64,000 nt of DNA from Patescibacteria group bacterium (GCA_965660445.1 CBFIAK010000001.1:512001-576000); one strand, 5' to 3'. Counted from the stretch's first letter, positions 10,065-20,830 are shown. Numbers and translations: made by a program. Notes: generated by a model from the sequence alone, not told the origin.

Positions 10065-10601
10065 TTATTTGTTACGAATAGAGATAGATCGTTCAAGCGA
10101 TACAGGAGACACGCCTAATGATTCTCCAGCAGTTCCAATATACTGAATTTCAAGAAATACATTAATATTATGAGAGTTCTGATCGCGTGATAAGTCTGTG
10201 AGTGCAAATGAACTAATACTCATGTTGTCTTTTGAGAGGTCTGATGTTTGCCCTCCCTCTGTACGTCTGAGTTTTCGAATCGTAATATTCACACCATCAA
10301 TATTCATTTGTTTCAGATACGACTCAATAAGGATTTCATTCACACCTTTCTGAAGACTTAAACTCCCCGGATCATTGAAAATTGAAAACCCTTCATTTAA
10401 GTCATCAGCTTCTTGGATATCAGTGGTGATTTTTTGCATAAGGGTATGCACACTATACATCATTTCTTGTTTGATTCGTGTTTGTTTTTGATTTTTCATA
10501 ATATCCCATGTGATCGTCATTATGAGTATGAGAACAATCGCGGAAATACCCACGTAGAGAATCATCTCTAGAATCGTAAATCCTTTATTTTTCATATTCA
10601 A
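10065..10601 (-). CDS. PilW/PulJ-like minor pilin
   Basis: KG|FTILEMILYVGISAIVL; MQKITTDIQEA. Confidence 0.85.
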   Translation of the reverse strand: MNMKNKGFTILEMILYVGISAIVLILIMTITWDIMKNQKQTRIKQEMMYSVHTLMQKITTDIQEADDLNEGFSIFNDPGSLSLQKGVNEILIESYLKQMNIDGVNITIRKLRRTEGGQTSDLSKDNMSISSFALTDLSRDQNSHNINVFLEIQYIGTAGESLGVSPVSLERSISIRNK

Positions 10602-13600
10602 TGCTCATATCTTTGAGAATCGGTATTTGAGTCCCATCTCCACGAAACACACATCGATATTGAACCCATCGGGTTCCTGTAGCACTTCCGTATTCAGTGA
10701 TAGGGTCTTCAGAACTAAAATAAGCATCAACTACACCGTTCAGTCCAAACCAAAGTGCTGTATCGAGATTCTCTTCAGTATCCGCGGTTCGCAGTTGACA
10801 TTCAATAATACCGTCTCCGTCTTGGTTCCAAGTGATAAATTCATAATCAGTAGCCCCTGATTTCGTATCAAGGGTGCTTGAAGTAAAAATTCCCCATTGG
10901 CTCTGAGCGAGTTCTTCTTCATCGGCTTGTCCAACGACAAGAATTTCTTGAGAATTATTGTCCGTAAGGAAATAAATATATTCATCTTTAATAAAAATAC
11001 CTTTTACATTAAATCCGGAATACGAAAATGTTCCTAATAGTTGTGGATTACTTAAATTCGTAATATCTAGAATCATCAGTTCTCGAGATTCATCTTCAGA
11101 ACTTAAGTACGCAAAGTTATCTTGAATAAAGACAGTATTAAAAGTTCCAACATTGAGTTTTCCAATCTCATAAAGATTCGTAGCATCGAAAACGTCCCAA
11201 ATAGCAAAATCAGCATTTGATTCTTCGTCTTCAACTTCAGATCCTTCATCTGCAGCTGATGTATAAATTTTTTGATCACGATAAAATATACTAAAGATAC
11301 CGGCCCCTGGAATATCTTCTTGATTAACGATTTGGAGATTATCAGGGTTTGATATACGAATAATCACAATATTTTCATTACTTTCTTCTCCAATAGTTCC
11401 AATAAAAACATGTTCTCCTCCCAGTACCATAGTTTCAATAGCCATTTCATCTAAATACAGAGATCCTAACATTGATGTTGAATCTTGTGGCGCTGAAACA
11501 TCAAATACATATAGACTTGCACTTCCAAGTGATTCCCGATTGCAAACATCTTCTTCATATTCATTACAAATCCAGCCTCCTAAACACCATCCCCAAAACC
11601 ACCATGCACATGATTCTGATACACAAATATAGGTACATATCCAATTCCAAAACCAATTCCAAAACCAGCTCCATCCCCATGTCACGACTTGTGTTCGAGT
11701 AGAAAGGTATACCCGACCATCTCCAGAATCAATATGAGTTCCATCTGAACTTCCAGAAATATTATACGATCGGAGTTCGAATGGACTTTCCGGATCTGAA
11801 ATATCGACAATCACAAATTCTTTTGAGTTGTCTGTTGTGGCTAAATATGCGTAATCACCACTCTCATCAATAGAAAAATCATTGATTGTAGAAGAAAAAT
11901 AAAAACTACCAACCAAGAAATCACTCCCCCCTGAAGAATACTCATATCGGTTAATAATATAGAGGTAATTATTACGCAGAACATAAAGATACTCATCATC
12001 TACAAAAATATCTTTTGGATCCTCGTTTCCTGATAAGTCAATCGTGTCTAAAATATCTAAATCACTCCAAGTACTAATAGGTCCCGTTAAAATACGTAAT
12101 GAATTTGCTTCATCAGTTCCTGTGTAAACATACGCTCCTAAGTGAGAAAGTGTATTAATAGTGATATCACCCAGATCAATATAAAGCTGTGCGGCTAAGG
12201 TTTCTGGATCAGAAAGATCTTTTCCAACGGTAAAAATATCAACCGTTGAATTATGAAGCGATACATAAATCCAACTATCACCTACAAATATATCAGAAAC
12301 TGTTGGGTTTCCTGAGAGGGAAATCGATTCCTCGTTATCGTATGTTGGGCTAGATACATTGGATATATCAATATTATATATTTCAGGATATGATCCTCCA
12401 ACTCTTCCAACGAGTGCCATATCACCATACACATGTACACTTGTTGCATCTTCATTTCCAGGAAGAGCAATATATCCTGTTCGAGAGAGGCTGAAATTTC
12501 GAATCTCAAATTCTGCTCCGTTTTTACTCGTAGCGGTAATTAAAGAACTATTATAAACCTCCATATCATTGATATCTCCGTTTACTTCTTGATCATCAAC
12601 CAGTGACGGGCTTGCGGGATTACTCACATCATATTCCCATAATTCCTCGTATTCTACCCAAACGGTATTATCCGGTGGATCAGCCCAGTACCCATCCATT
12701 TCATCGTCCGTTCCAACGAATAGATCATTGTTAGTTACCACAAGTGTATTCACTCTCGCGGTTCCGGGTATATCGATTGTTTCGACAAGAGTCATATCAC
12801 TCATATCTACTATTTGAACTTCTCCATCGCTATCGCCAACCGCTAAATAAGCATACCCATCTTCAATCGCAATATCGTGTACGTCAAACCCAACTTCAAA
12901 ATTCTTTTTGAGAATAATATCTTTATTACTCACGTTTGATATATCAAAAATTAAGAACTCTGCCCCAGTAGCACTTTGATTTGTTCCTACATAAAGGAGG
13001 TTTTCATTTCTATCAATAAAAAGTTCTGCAATTTCTTCCATATCTTCAAACACAGGGTTGTCAAAAGTAACGAGTTCAGGCAGACCACCTTTATCAATTA
13101 ATTGTACTTCTCCGTCTTCGAGTGACGATATTTTTACACTGTTTTCTTTTCCATACGAAAACTCGCGAGCGGTACTTTGCGCCCAAATGAAACGTTTCCA
13201 ATTCGTCAGTTGAGTATTCGCAGTGACGGTATTTGTTTGTTGGGTTAGGTTTTGCCAAGCAACTTGCACTTGAATAGATTTTGCATATGTTTTTGTATCA
13301 ACAATCAAAATAGTTCTCGTAAAGTCATCATTAATGACTTCTGAAGTTCCAGGAACCAATTCCCAGTATCCATTTGTATCGCTGAGGATGTATTCACCTT
13401 CTGGAAGATCTTCCCAGTCATAATCTTTAATGGACTTAATCGCTTCTGTTGCTTGTTCGACTAAGCTAGTGGCTTCTATTCGATTTTGTTCTCGATAGAC
13501 AGCGGTGTGATTTGAGAGTATAAGAGCAATAATATTTGGGATAAGCAACATAAAGAGCCCAACGGCGACGATAACTTCTACAAGGGAGAACCCCTTCCAT

Positions 13601-13626
13601 TGTAACCGAGATAAAAAAGTTTTCAT
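10585..13626 (-). CDS. Giant PilV-like prepilin fused to LVIVD-repeat beta-propeller(s); putative tip adhesin
   Basis: KG|FSLVEVIVAVGLF; FTRTILI..IQVQVAW pilin head; repeats EFLIFDIS, YAYLA, EFVIVDISDPESP, ELMILDITNLSNPQLLG; C-terminal GIFTSSTLD..RWVQYR..PILKDMSIEY domain. Confidence 0.85.
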   Translation of the reverse strand: MKTFLSRLQWKGFSLVEVIVAVGLFMLLIPNIIALILSNHTAVYREQNRIEATSLVEQATEAIKSIKDYDWEDLPEGEYILSDTNGYWELVPGTSEVINDDFTRTILIVDTKTYAKSIQVQVAWQNLTQQTNTVTANTQLTNWKRFIWAQSTAREFSYGKENSVKISSLEDGEVQLIDKGGLPELVTFDNPVFEDMEEIAELFIDRNENLLYVGTNQSATGAEFLIFDISNVSNKDIILKKNFEVGFDVHDIAIEDGYAYLAVGDSDGEVQIVDMSDMTLVETIDIPGTARVNTLVVTNNDLFVGTDDEMDGYWADPPDNTVWVEYEELWEYDVSNPASPSLVDDQEVNGDINDMEVYNSSLITATSKNGAEFEIRNFSLSRTGYIALPGNEDATSVHVYGDMALVGRVGGSYPEIYNIDISNVSSPTYDNEESISLSGNPTVSDIFVGDSWIYVSLHNSTVDIFTVGKDLSDPETLAAQLYIDLGDITINTLSHLGAYVYTGTDEANSLRILTGPISTWSDLDILDTIDLSGNEDPKDIFVDDEYLYVLRNNYLYIINRYEYSSGGSDFLVGSFYFSSTINDFSIDESGDYAYLATTDNSKEFVIVDISDPESPFELRSYNISGSSDGTHIDSGDGRVYLSTRTQVVTWGWSWFWNWFWNWICTYICVSESCAWWFWGWCLGGWICNEYEEDVCNRESLGSASLYVFDVSAPQDSTSMLGSLYLDEMAIETMVLGGEHVFIGTIGEESNENIVIIRISNPDNLQIVNQEDIPGAGIFSIFYRDQKIYTSAADEGSEVEDEESNADFAIWDVFDATNLYEIGKLNVGTFNTVFIQDNFAYLSSEDESRELMILDITNLSNPQLLGTFSYSGFNVKGIFIKDEYIYFLTDNNSQEILVVGQADEEELAQSQWGIFTSSTLDTKSGATDYEFITWNQDGDGIIECQLRTADTEENLDTALWFGLNGVVDAYFSSEDPITEYGSATGTRWVQYRCVFRGDGTQIPILKDMSIEYEK

Positions 13627-13637
13627 AGAATAAATGT

Positions 13638-14123
13638 TTATTTACTAAACTCGATAATTCCAAGCTGATTTACAGAGAGTGTATAGGGATTATCAGGTCT
13701 ATTGATATTGTAGATCTGGAAACTTCCAAAGTCGAGTGTATTTCCAGTATTAGGTTCGAAGATAACTTGAGGATTCCCTCGGTCAAGTGATATATTCTGA
13801 AACTGTATTTTGCTTGGGAGAGGAAACTCTATGTGAGAAGAAGGAGATTGGTTCCATGTATCTCCTCGAAAAAAAACAAATCGTTGGTTTTCGTTATCGA
13901 GATACACTCCCCACCGACTTGCCTGAAGATTCATTAAGGCATAGCTTTGTGCTTTTTTGAGTTGTGCCATGAGTTCTTGAGATGCGTTGTTGAGACTTGA
14001 TTGTTCTAGAAAATTAACGACTGGGAATGAAAGTCCAGCTATAACGAAAACAATAAGAGCCAGAACAACAATCATCTCCATAAGCGTAAATCCTCGTTTT
14101 CGTAGACTATATATATTCATCAT
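13638..14123 (-). CDS. FimT/GspH-like minor pilin
   Basis: RG|FTLMEMIVVLALI; LKKAQSYAL; VIFEPNTG; LSVNQLGII. Confidence 0.85.
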   Translation of the reverse strand: MMNIYSLRKRGFTLMEMIVVLALIVFVIAGLSFPVVNFLEQSSLNNASQELMAQLKKAQSYALMNLQASRWGVYLDNENQRFVFFRGDTWNQSPSSHIEFPLPSKIQFQNISLDRGNPQVIFEPNTGNTLDFGSFQIYNINRPDNPYTLSVNQLGIIEFSK

Positions 14124-15250
14124 TAAATACTTGAATTACCCGTTACAGCATAAATTGGAGAAAGAATAGACATTGCTACCACTCCAACGACTATCCCAAT
14201 AAAAATAAGCATTACGGGTTCGAGTATTGTTGAAAGATTCTTCATGGTATCATCAACTTCTTCCTCGTAGTATTCTGCTAAGAACTGGAGTGATGTTCCG
14301 AGTGTTCCAGTTTCTTCCCCAACGCCAATCATTTTTGTAGTAATGGGGGGAAACAGTTCAGGGTGTTTTTCGAGTGCTTGTTTGAGCGTTTGTCCAGTCA
14401 GTATTGAAGGAATGAGTGATGCAACATGACGACGATAAATAAGGTTTGATGTGCTCGTGCTCGTGGTTTCTAATGCTTTATCAATAGTCAGTCCGCTTTC
14501 AAGAAGTGATCCAAGGGTATAGGTGAATTTTTCAAGATTCATATTCTGTGCAATTCGACCTGAAATAGGAAGTTTTAATATGAGGTTATGAGTGTATGGT
14601 TTGATCCATTTTTGACGTAAAATCCAAAAGAAAAGCCACATACCAAAAATCGACAAGGGGGTAATAATAAGACCGTGCTTCTCGAATATATTTGCCACAA
14701 TAATAAGGATTTGAGTAGTGATGGGGAGTTCAATATCCATACTTTCAAAAAGAGGAAGTATTTTTGGTAATACAAACATGGCAATTGCTAACCCTAAACA
14801 GAAAATAGCAACAAAGATCATCGTTGGGTAGATCATAGCGGCTTTCACTTTTTTCTTGAGATCTTGTATTTTTTTGAGTTGTTCAGCAAGCCGTTCGAGT
14901 TTGTCTTCTAATGTCCCTGATTCTTCTCCTGTTTTGATCATATTAATATAGATCTCAGAGAAAGCATCGGGGAATCGTTCAAGGGCAGTATGAAAATCGT
15001 CACCATGATTAATATCAGTGGCAAGTTCTCGGACAATGTTTTTCATATTTCCTCTCACTTGCTCTTGCATAATACGAAGCCCTTCAGGAAGTGGAATTCC
15101 ACTTCGCAGTGTTAAAGAGAGGTGCTTGGTAAAAAGCACTACATCCATAATTTTTACTTTATAGGGGTTTCCAAATTGTATTTGAATATCGAGTCCACTC
15201 TTTTTTTTGTTTGGATCAACAGGTTTTTTGGAAGGCAGATGCGTAACCAT
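14123..15250 (-). CDS. pilC: Type II secretion system F family platform protein
   Basis: FTKHLSLTLRSGIPL, MIKTGEESGTLE, KVKAAMIYP, MIGVGEETGTL, ILEPVMLIFIG..LSPIY. Confidence 0.93.
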   Translation of the reverse strand: MVTHLPSKKPVDPNKKKSGLDIQIQFGNPYKVKIMDVVLFTKHLSLTLRSGIPLPEGLRIMQEQVRGNMKNIVRELATDINHGDDFHTALERFPDAFSEIYINMIKTGEESGTLEDKLERLAEQLKKIQDLKKKVKAAMIYPTMIFVAIFCLGLAIAMFVLPKILPLFESMDIELPITTQILIIVANIFEKHGLIITPLSIFGMWLFFWILRQKWIKPYTHNLILKLPISGRIAQNMNLEKFTYTLGSLLESGLTIDKALETTSTSTSNLIYRRHVASLIPSILTGQTLKQALEKHPELFPPITTKMIGVGEETGTLGTSLQFLAEYYEEEVDDTMKNLSTILEPVMLIFIGIVVGVVAMSILSPIYAVTGNSSI

Positions 15251-15435
15251 GGTGTGTGTATATTTATATTCATGCAGAAGTATAAAACAGAAGTCTAAAA
15301 AAAGAAAAAGAAAATAAAGACTTCAAAAATGCTCTTTCATTATAACCTGTTTTAGGGTCAAGTCGTTTCACTTGAAAAAACGATTTATTTTCATAGAATT
15401 TCGATTGATGTCATTTGTCTCTCTTATTTGAAAAC

Positions 15436-16389
15436 ATGAAAAAAACGATTTCTTTCTTCTTTTTCTGTTTCTTTTCTTTTTTTGGGACTCTTGTTTTTGC
15501 TAATGAAGAGAGTCAGTTACAGGCAGTTCTTTCTCTTTCATCAGAGGAGGTTGCTGTTGGGGAACCTGTGAAACTTATACTCAATTTAAAAAGTTCTCAT
15601 CAATCGGCTGTTTTTGGTATGGGGCAATTTGAGATACCAGGGGTGGAATCTTTTGCGCACATTTCTACCACTCAAAGCACGAGTATTCAAAAAGTGAATA
15701 ACATAACCCTTTCATCAGCAGAAATTACAAAGACAATTATGCCATTACAGCAAGGTTCTTTTGATATTGGACCTGTGCGTGTTCCTGTGCAGATAAAAGA
15801 AGGCGTTTCTGAATTTGTGGAGAGTAATATTGTGCGTGTACGTGTTCTTCCTGAAAAAAAAAAGGCTTCGTCTTCCCTACCACCGCAACAAATGGGTGAT
15901 TTAACCTACACGCCTCCTTCTCCAGAAGAAAAAATATCAGTGGCTCTTTTCCCAGAAGGGAACTGGATTTTCTGGTTACAGATTTTGAGTGTTTTTCTTA
16001 TTGGTTGGGGCATTGTATTATGGGTATCCTATGCACGGAAATCAAAAAAAAGTGGAGATATAAAAAATATTCAGAAAGAAAATGTCGATTTTGTGCGTAT
16101 TATAAAACAGATTCCTGATGGAAATGATCCTGAGTTCTTTCTAAAAATACAAAAAGTATTTGAGTCACTGGCTTCTCATTTATGGAGTATAAAGCCATCT
16201 CAATTAACAACACAAGAATTAAAAGATCGTCTTCAATCAACATTTTCAGTTGATGAATCGTTGACTTTTTTTTCTCTTTGGAATGAGTATCGCGAAGCTC
16301 GGTTTGCTGGAAAGTCACTTGATAAACCTATTTTTCGTGATCGATTAGAATTATTTTGTCGAAAACACATTGAATCATTATTTCATTAA
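15436..16389 (+). CDS. BatD-like protein (signal peptide, one Ig-like domain, TM, C-terminal helical domain)
   Basis: VAVGEPVKLIL, STSIQKVN, PLQQGSFDIGPVRV, SNIVRVRVLP; LTTQEL..EARFA tail; first gene of the MoxR operon. Confidence 0.7.
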   Translation: MKKTISFFFFCFFSFFGTLVFANEESQLQAVLSLSSEEVAVGEPVKLILNLKSSHQSAVFGMGQFEIPGVESFAHISTTQSTSIQKVNNITLSSAEITKTIMPLQQGSFDIGPVRVPVQIKEGVSEFVESNIVRVRVLPEKKKASSSLPPQQMGDLTYTPPSPEEKISVALFPEGNWIFWLQILSVFLIGWGIVLWVSYARKSKKSGDIKNIQKENVDFVRIIKQIPDGNDPEFFLKIQKVFESLASHLWSIKPSQLTTQELKDRLQSTFSVDESLTFFSLWNEYREARFAGKSLDKPIFRDRLELFCRKHIESLFH

Positions 16390-16400
16390 TCTTTTTTTTC

Positions 16401-17408
16401 ATGCACCAAAATCAAATACCATCGCCTTCACTCGATATACTGACGCAGGATATTCTTCAACTTCATCCAAAAATAGAAGGGATGGAAAAAGAAATGTCTC
16501 GTGTTATCGTTGGACAAAAAGAGTTGATACATCGATTACTAGTTGCGCTTTTATCGCAAGGTCATATTTTGCTCGAAGGTGTTCCGGGGTTAGCAAAAAC
16601 AACGGCAATTGTGACTCTTTCGCGTATCTGTGATGCTTCATTTCACCGTATACAGTTTACACCAGATTTATTGCCATCTGATTTGATTGGAAACCGAGTA
16701 TTCGACATGAAAAAACAAGATTTCTTTGTTCGAAAAGGACCACTCTTTGCTCAATTTATATTAGCTGACGAAATTAATAGAAGTCCTGCGAAGGTGCAAA
16801 GTGCATTATTAGAGGCTATGCAAGAATATCAGGTGACCATTGGAGACGAAACATTTCAACTGCCGCGGCCATTTTTTGTTTTAGCGACTCAAAATCCGAT
16901 TGAACAAGAAGGAACTTTTCCGTTACCAGAAGCACAAGTTGATCGGTTTTTCTTAAAAACAGTGCTTGCTTATCCGTCTTTAGAAGAAGAATCAGAAATT
17001 TTAAGCCGTATTCATGGACTTTCCGATGTCTTGATTGAACCAGTTTTGACTGTTGAAGACATAGGGCGTATGCAGAATCTGACTCGGCAAGTATTTGTTG
17101 ATGAGAGTATTAAAACCTATATTACACATATTATTCAGGCAACACGTGATCCACAGAAATGGAATATTGATACATTAAAGGATATGATTAGTTATGGAGC
17201 ATCACCAAGAGGAACTATTAATCTTATGAAGGCTGCACAAGCGGTTGCGTTTTTAGAAGGGCGAGCTTATGTCGTTCCAGAAGATATAAAAACAATTGCT
17301 TTAGATGTGTTGCGACATAGAGTTGTGCCTCATTATGAAGCACAAGCAGAAGGCGTTACATCTGAGCATATTATTCGCACAATCCTTGATTATATTCCCG
17401 TTCCATAA
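16401..17408 (+). CDS. MoxR-family AAA+ ATPase
   Basis: HILLEGVPGLAKT, RIQFTPDLLPSDLIG, LADEINRSPAKVQSALLEAM, ATQNPIEQEGTFPLPEAQVDRF, GASPR. Confidence 0.96.
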   Translation: MHQNQIPSPSLDILTQDILQLHPKIEGMEKEMSRVIVGQKELIHRLLVALLSQGHILLEGVPGLAKTTAIVTLSRICDASFHRIQFTPDLLPSDLIGNRVFDMKKQDFFVRKGPLFAQFILADEINRSPAKVQSALLEAMQEYQVTIGDETFQLPRPFFVLATQNPIEQEGTFPLPEAQVDRFFLKTVLAYPSLEEESEILSRIHGLSDVLIEPVLTVEDIGRMQNLTRQVFVDESIKTYITHIIQATRDPQKWNIDTLKDMISYGASPRGTINLMKAAQAVAFLEGRAYVVPEDIKTIALDVLRHRVVPHYEAQAEGVTSEHIIRTILDYIPVP

Positions 17409-17421
17409 AGACTGATTCAAT

Positions 17422-18312
17422 ATGAATGTACAAGACCTCGTTCGAAAAATTCAACATTTAGAGTTTTCAACGAATCGAAAAGTCAATGATATTTTTGTTG
17501 GTAATTATAAATCAGCATTTCGAGGGAAAGGAATGGAATTTGCTGATATCCGGGCTTATGATGAAGGTGATGATTTTCGTGATATTGATTGGATCACAAC
17601 GGCTAAACAACAAAAATTATTTGTAAAAACGTATCATGAATCAAGAGAACTTACAACACTGCTGCTTATTGATGTTTCGGGATCAATGCATGTGTCTTCT
17701 ACTCAAAGAACAAAAAAAGAAATAGCCTTAGAGCTTATTGCAACACTTTGCTTTTCATCTTTAAAAAACAATGATAGAGTGGGCGCTGTTTTTTTTACTG
17801 ACAAAGTGCTTGAATTCGTGTACCCTCGAAAAGGATGGGCTCATGTGTGGAAGATATTGAGAAGCACTATTTTGCACTTTGAGCAAAATATGTATTCATC
17901 ATCAGATATAACGGTTCCTTTGCATTTTGTGACAAAAGCTTTTCCTCGTCGTGCATTGGCATTTATTGTGAGTGATGAATGTGATGGAGAGAATCAGTCT
18001 GTAAAGAAAGCATTTTCAACACTTTCTCATGTGCATGATTGTGTTTTTGCACGTGTATTTGATCCACTTGAGAAAGGAGTTCATGTTCATGGTGTGTTTC
18101 GGTTTCAAGATCCAGAAACAGGGGATGTAGGATATGTTGATTTAACAAATCCTCATAAAAAGAAACAATTTGCAGCATTAAGAGAAAAAAAAGAATTATC
18201 AATGAAACGAATGCTGCAGTCCACTGCTGTTGATATGGTCGAAATTGGGCCAAAAGATTCTTTATATAAACAATTATTTGTATTTTTTAAGCTCCGACAG
18301 CAAAGATACTAA
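17422..18312 (+). CDS. DUF58 domain protein
   Basis: YKSAFRGKGMEFADIRAYDEGDDFRDIDW..TAK, DVSGSM, NDRVG, IVSD, DPLE, DPETG. Confidence 0.93.
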   Translation: MNVQDLVRKIQHLEFSTNRKVNDIFVGNYKSAFRGKGMEFADIRAYDEGDDFRDIDWITTAKQQKLFVKTYHESRELTTLLLIDVSGSMHVSSTQRTKKEIALELIATLCFSSLKNNDRVGAVFFTDKVLEFVYPRKGWAHVWKILRSTILHFEQNMYSSSDITVPLHFVTKAFPRRALAFIVSDECDGENQSVKKAFSTLSHVHDCVFARVFDPLEKGVHVHGVFRFQDPETGDVGYVDLTNPHKKKQFAALREKKELSMKRMLQSTAVDMVEIGPKDSLYKQLFVFFKLRQQRY

Positions 18313-18315
18313 AAT

Positions 18316-18801
18316 ATGATACAAGATATTCATCCTCTCAAGCCTTTGTATGATTTACCATTTTTATCGGTATGGGAATGGGCTATTGTGTTATTTTTGC
18401 TGAGTTTTGTAGTTGTGAAAATTATAATTTTTATGTGGCATATCTGGACACAGAAACGCCATAAAGGAGATCATCCATTACCTTTATCATTTGATACGTC
18501 TTCGCTTGAGGAAGAAATTCAGGATCTGCGTCGTTATATTGAAATTGGTGATTTTAAGCGACTTGCTCATGAAGCCACCAATAAAACAAAAGACTTTTTA
18601 TCTCAGTCTCATGAAAGAAATATGAGAGAATGGACAACAACAGAAATACTCGAGTGGTATCATGATAAAGACGACAATGAGTCATATTTATCAGATATTT
18701 TTCAATTACTTGATTTGGTGAAATTCGCAAAAAAAAATGTTGATGAGGTTCAGGCTCATAAAGTTATTGATCGTATACTTCTTTTTATTCGTGAACAATG
18801 A
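18316..18801 (+). CDS. DUF4381-like single-TM protein of Bat operons
   Basis: IQDIHPL, one TM, WTTTEIL, DLVKFAK. Confidence 0.7.
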   Translation: MIQDIHPLKPLYDLPFLSVWEWAIVLFLLSFVVVKIIIFMWHIWTQKRHKGDHPLPLSFDTSSLEEEIQDLRRYIEIGDFKRLAHEATNKTKDFLSQSHERNMREWTTTEILEWYHDKDDNESYLSDIFQLLDLVKFAKKNVDEVQAHKVIDRILLFIREQ

Positions 18802-19829
18802 TTTTTCCTTTTGTATTTCAAGATATATACTGGTTTTGGATTGGACTACTTCTGCTTATTGGATATGGGGGATGGGTGTATACGCAATATCAAAAACCGA
18901 AAACAATTTTAACATCGGTGTTTTCGGATTTACAGATATTTCGAAAAAAATCATGGAAACGGTATTTGCCAATCATAAGGCATATCCTTTTTGTTGTTGT
19001 TTTATTTTTCTTGGTTATCGCTCTTGCTCGTCCACAAATGCTTCATAATACAGAAAGAGTAAAAAAAACAGGAGTTGATATTTTTATCGTACTGGATATT
19101 TCAGAATCAATGCTTGCTGAAGATTTAACCCCTAATAGAATCGAGGCTGCAAAAGGGTATATACGAGAATTCATTCAGCAGTTACAAACAGATCGTGTTG
19201 GAGTGATTGTGTTTGCTGGAAAACCATTTACTCACGCTCCCTTAACGTTTGATTATGGTGTAGTTGATGCCTATGTTCGTGATATTTCTACTCAATCAAT
19301 CAATCAAAGAGTTCGAGGACTTAATGGAACGGCTGTTGGAGACGCTCTGTTATTAGGACTTGATCGATTAAAAGACACAGAAGCCCGTACTCGAGTAATG
19401 GTGCTTTTAACAGATGGAGATGCAAATGTTGGTATAGAGCCTTTGATTGCTGCTCAGAAAGCAAGTTCTGAAGGTGTAAAAGTGTATGCAATTGGTATTG
19501 GTGATGAAGAAGGAGCATTGATTCCTATTGCAACTCAGAACGGAGAAAAGGTATATGCCCGAAACCAAGACGGGAGTTTTGTGCGTACGAGTCTCAACAA
19601 AGACGCTTTAAAAAATGTAGCGGAAAAAACGGGTGGTTCATTTTTTCACGTACAAACAAATCAAGCATTGCGAGAGAGTTTTGAAATGATTCAAAGTCTT
19701 GAAAAAACAGAAATAGAATCAGAAATTTCTATTCAATACGAAGAAAAATTTCAGGTTTTCTTGTGGATGGGGATTGTTTTTTTAGTTTTTTATATAGGGT
19801 TTGTATTTTTTATTCCATTATACGAATGA
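18798..19829 (+). CDS. BatA-like membrane-anchored vWA protein
   Basis: ALARPQ, MIDAS DISESM..D..PNRIEAAK, DRVGVIVFAG, APLTFD, GTAVGDAL, LLTDG, C-terminal TM. Confidence 0.92.
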   Translation: MIFPFVFQDIYWFWIGLLLLIGYGGWVYTQYQKPKTILTSVFSDLQIFRKKSWKRYLPIIRHILFVVVLFFLVIALARPQMLHNTERVKKTGVDIFIVLDISESMLAEDLTPNRIEAAKGYIREFIQQLQTDRVGVIVFAGKPFTHAPLTFDYGVVDAYVRDISTQSINQRVRGLNGTAVGDALLLGLDRLKDTEARTRVMVLLTDGDANVGIEPLIAAQKASSEGVKVYAIGIGDEEGALIPIATQNGEKVYARNQDGSFVRTSLNKDALKNVAEKTGGSFFHVQTNQALRESFEMIQSLEKTEIESEISIQYEEKFQVFLWMGIVFLVFYIGFVFFIPLYE

Positions 19830-20824
19830 TAGGGGTGAGCATGTGGGCGTTCTGGAGTATTGTTTTTGCACTTATGCTTTGTGTGTGGGTTCTCATATGG
19901 GCCCATCGATTACAAGAAAAAAATAATTGGTATTTTACGCGAAATTGGAGATATACACCAAAGGTTGATCGTATCCGAAAACAGTGTTTGATTGCGGCTT
20001 TGTTTTTTGCACTTGTGGGAGCACTACAATTGCAGTGGGGGATGAGTGAAGAATCTATTGAATATAAAGGACTTGATATTTTATGGGCTTTAGATGTTTC
20101 AAAAAGCATGCGTGCTTTAGATTTTTCGAATGATGAACAATCAGTCGATCGTTTATCGGTGGCAAAAGAATTTATTGATGCATTTGTAGAGAAACGATCA
20201 ACAGATCGATTTGGATTAGTGCTGTTTGCAGGAAACTCATTTGTATCAGTACCACTTACTTTTGATCGGTCATTATTTCGACAGTTTCTCAGAGAATCTT
20301 CTGAAAATGATGTTTCACGGGGAGGAACAAATCTTCAAGAAGCGATTGGGGTTTCTTTAGAGCGTTTAACAGTACAAGATGAGGAGGAACGGGGGAGGGC
20401 TATTATTTTAGTGACCGATGGTGATCAAACAGAAAATAATGATATTCGGTCTTTGGTTCAAATGGCACAAACACTTCGTATTCCTATTTTTACTATTGGT
20501 ATTGGATCAACATCGGGAGTTCGTATTCCTGAGGGGCGAGATGTTTTTGGACGAATGGTATACATTCAGCATGAGGGGTATGATGTGGTGACCAAACTGA
20601 ATGAAGATGTACTTCGTATGATTGCTCGTGGTTCTGGAGGGGAATACGTGCATGCTGATTCCCTTGATGATATAGAAAAAGTTTCCTCATTTTTAGATGA
20701 ACTCCCTGTGTCTGTGTATGAAACATGGAACCAAACACAAAAAGAAGAACGGTATCAGATATTTCTCGTTATTGCTTTAATATTTTTATGTAGTTCGCTT
20801 TTTTTTCCATTTGATAAGTCATAA
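19826..20824 (+). CDS. BatB-like membrane-anchored vWA protein
   Basis: QWG..KGLDILWALDVSKSM, DRLSVAK, DRFGLVLFAG, GGTNL, VTDGD, VVTKLNEDVL; ATGA overlap with batA. Confidence 0.9.
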   Translation: MIGVSMWAFWSIVFALMLCVWVLIWAHRLQEKNNWYFTRNWRYTPKVDRIRKQCLIAALFFALVGALQLQWGMSEESIEYKGLDILWALDVSKSMRALDFSNDEQSVDRLSVAKEFIDAFVEKRSTDRFGLVLFAGNSFVSVPLTFDRSLFRQFLRESSENDVSRGGTNLQEAIGVSLERLTVQDEEERGRAIILVTDGDQTENNDIRSLVQMAQTLRIPIFTIGIGSTSGVRIPEGRDVFGRMVYIQHEGYDVVTKLNEDVLRMIARGSGGEYVHADSLDDIEKVSSFLDELPVSVYETWNQTQKEERYQIFLVIALIFLCSSLFFPFDKS

Positions 20825-20830
20825 TTTTTC

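Noticed and set aside
11541-11680. Diversity-generating retroelement variable region
   Set aside because: No template repeat or reverse transcriptase seen in the window, and the segment is TGG-rich and internal.
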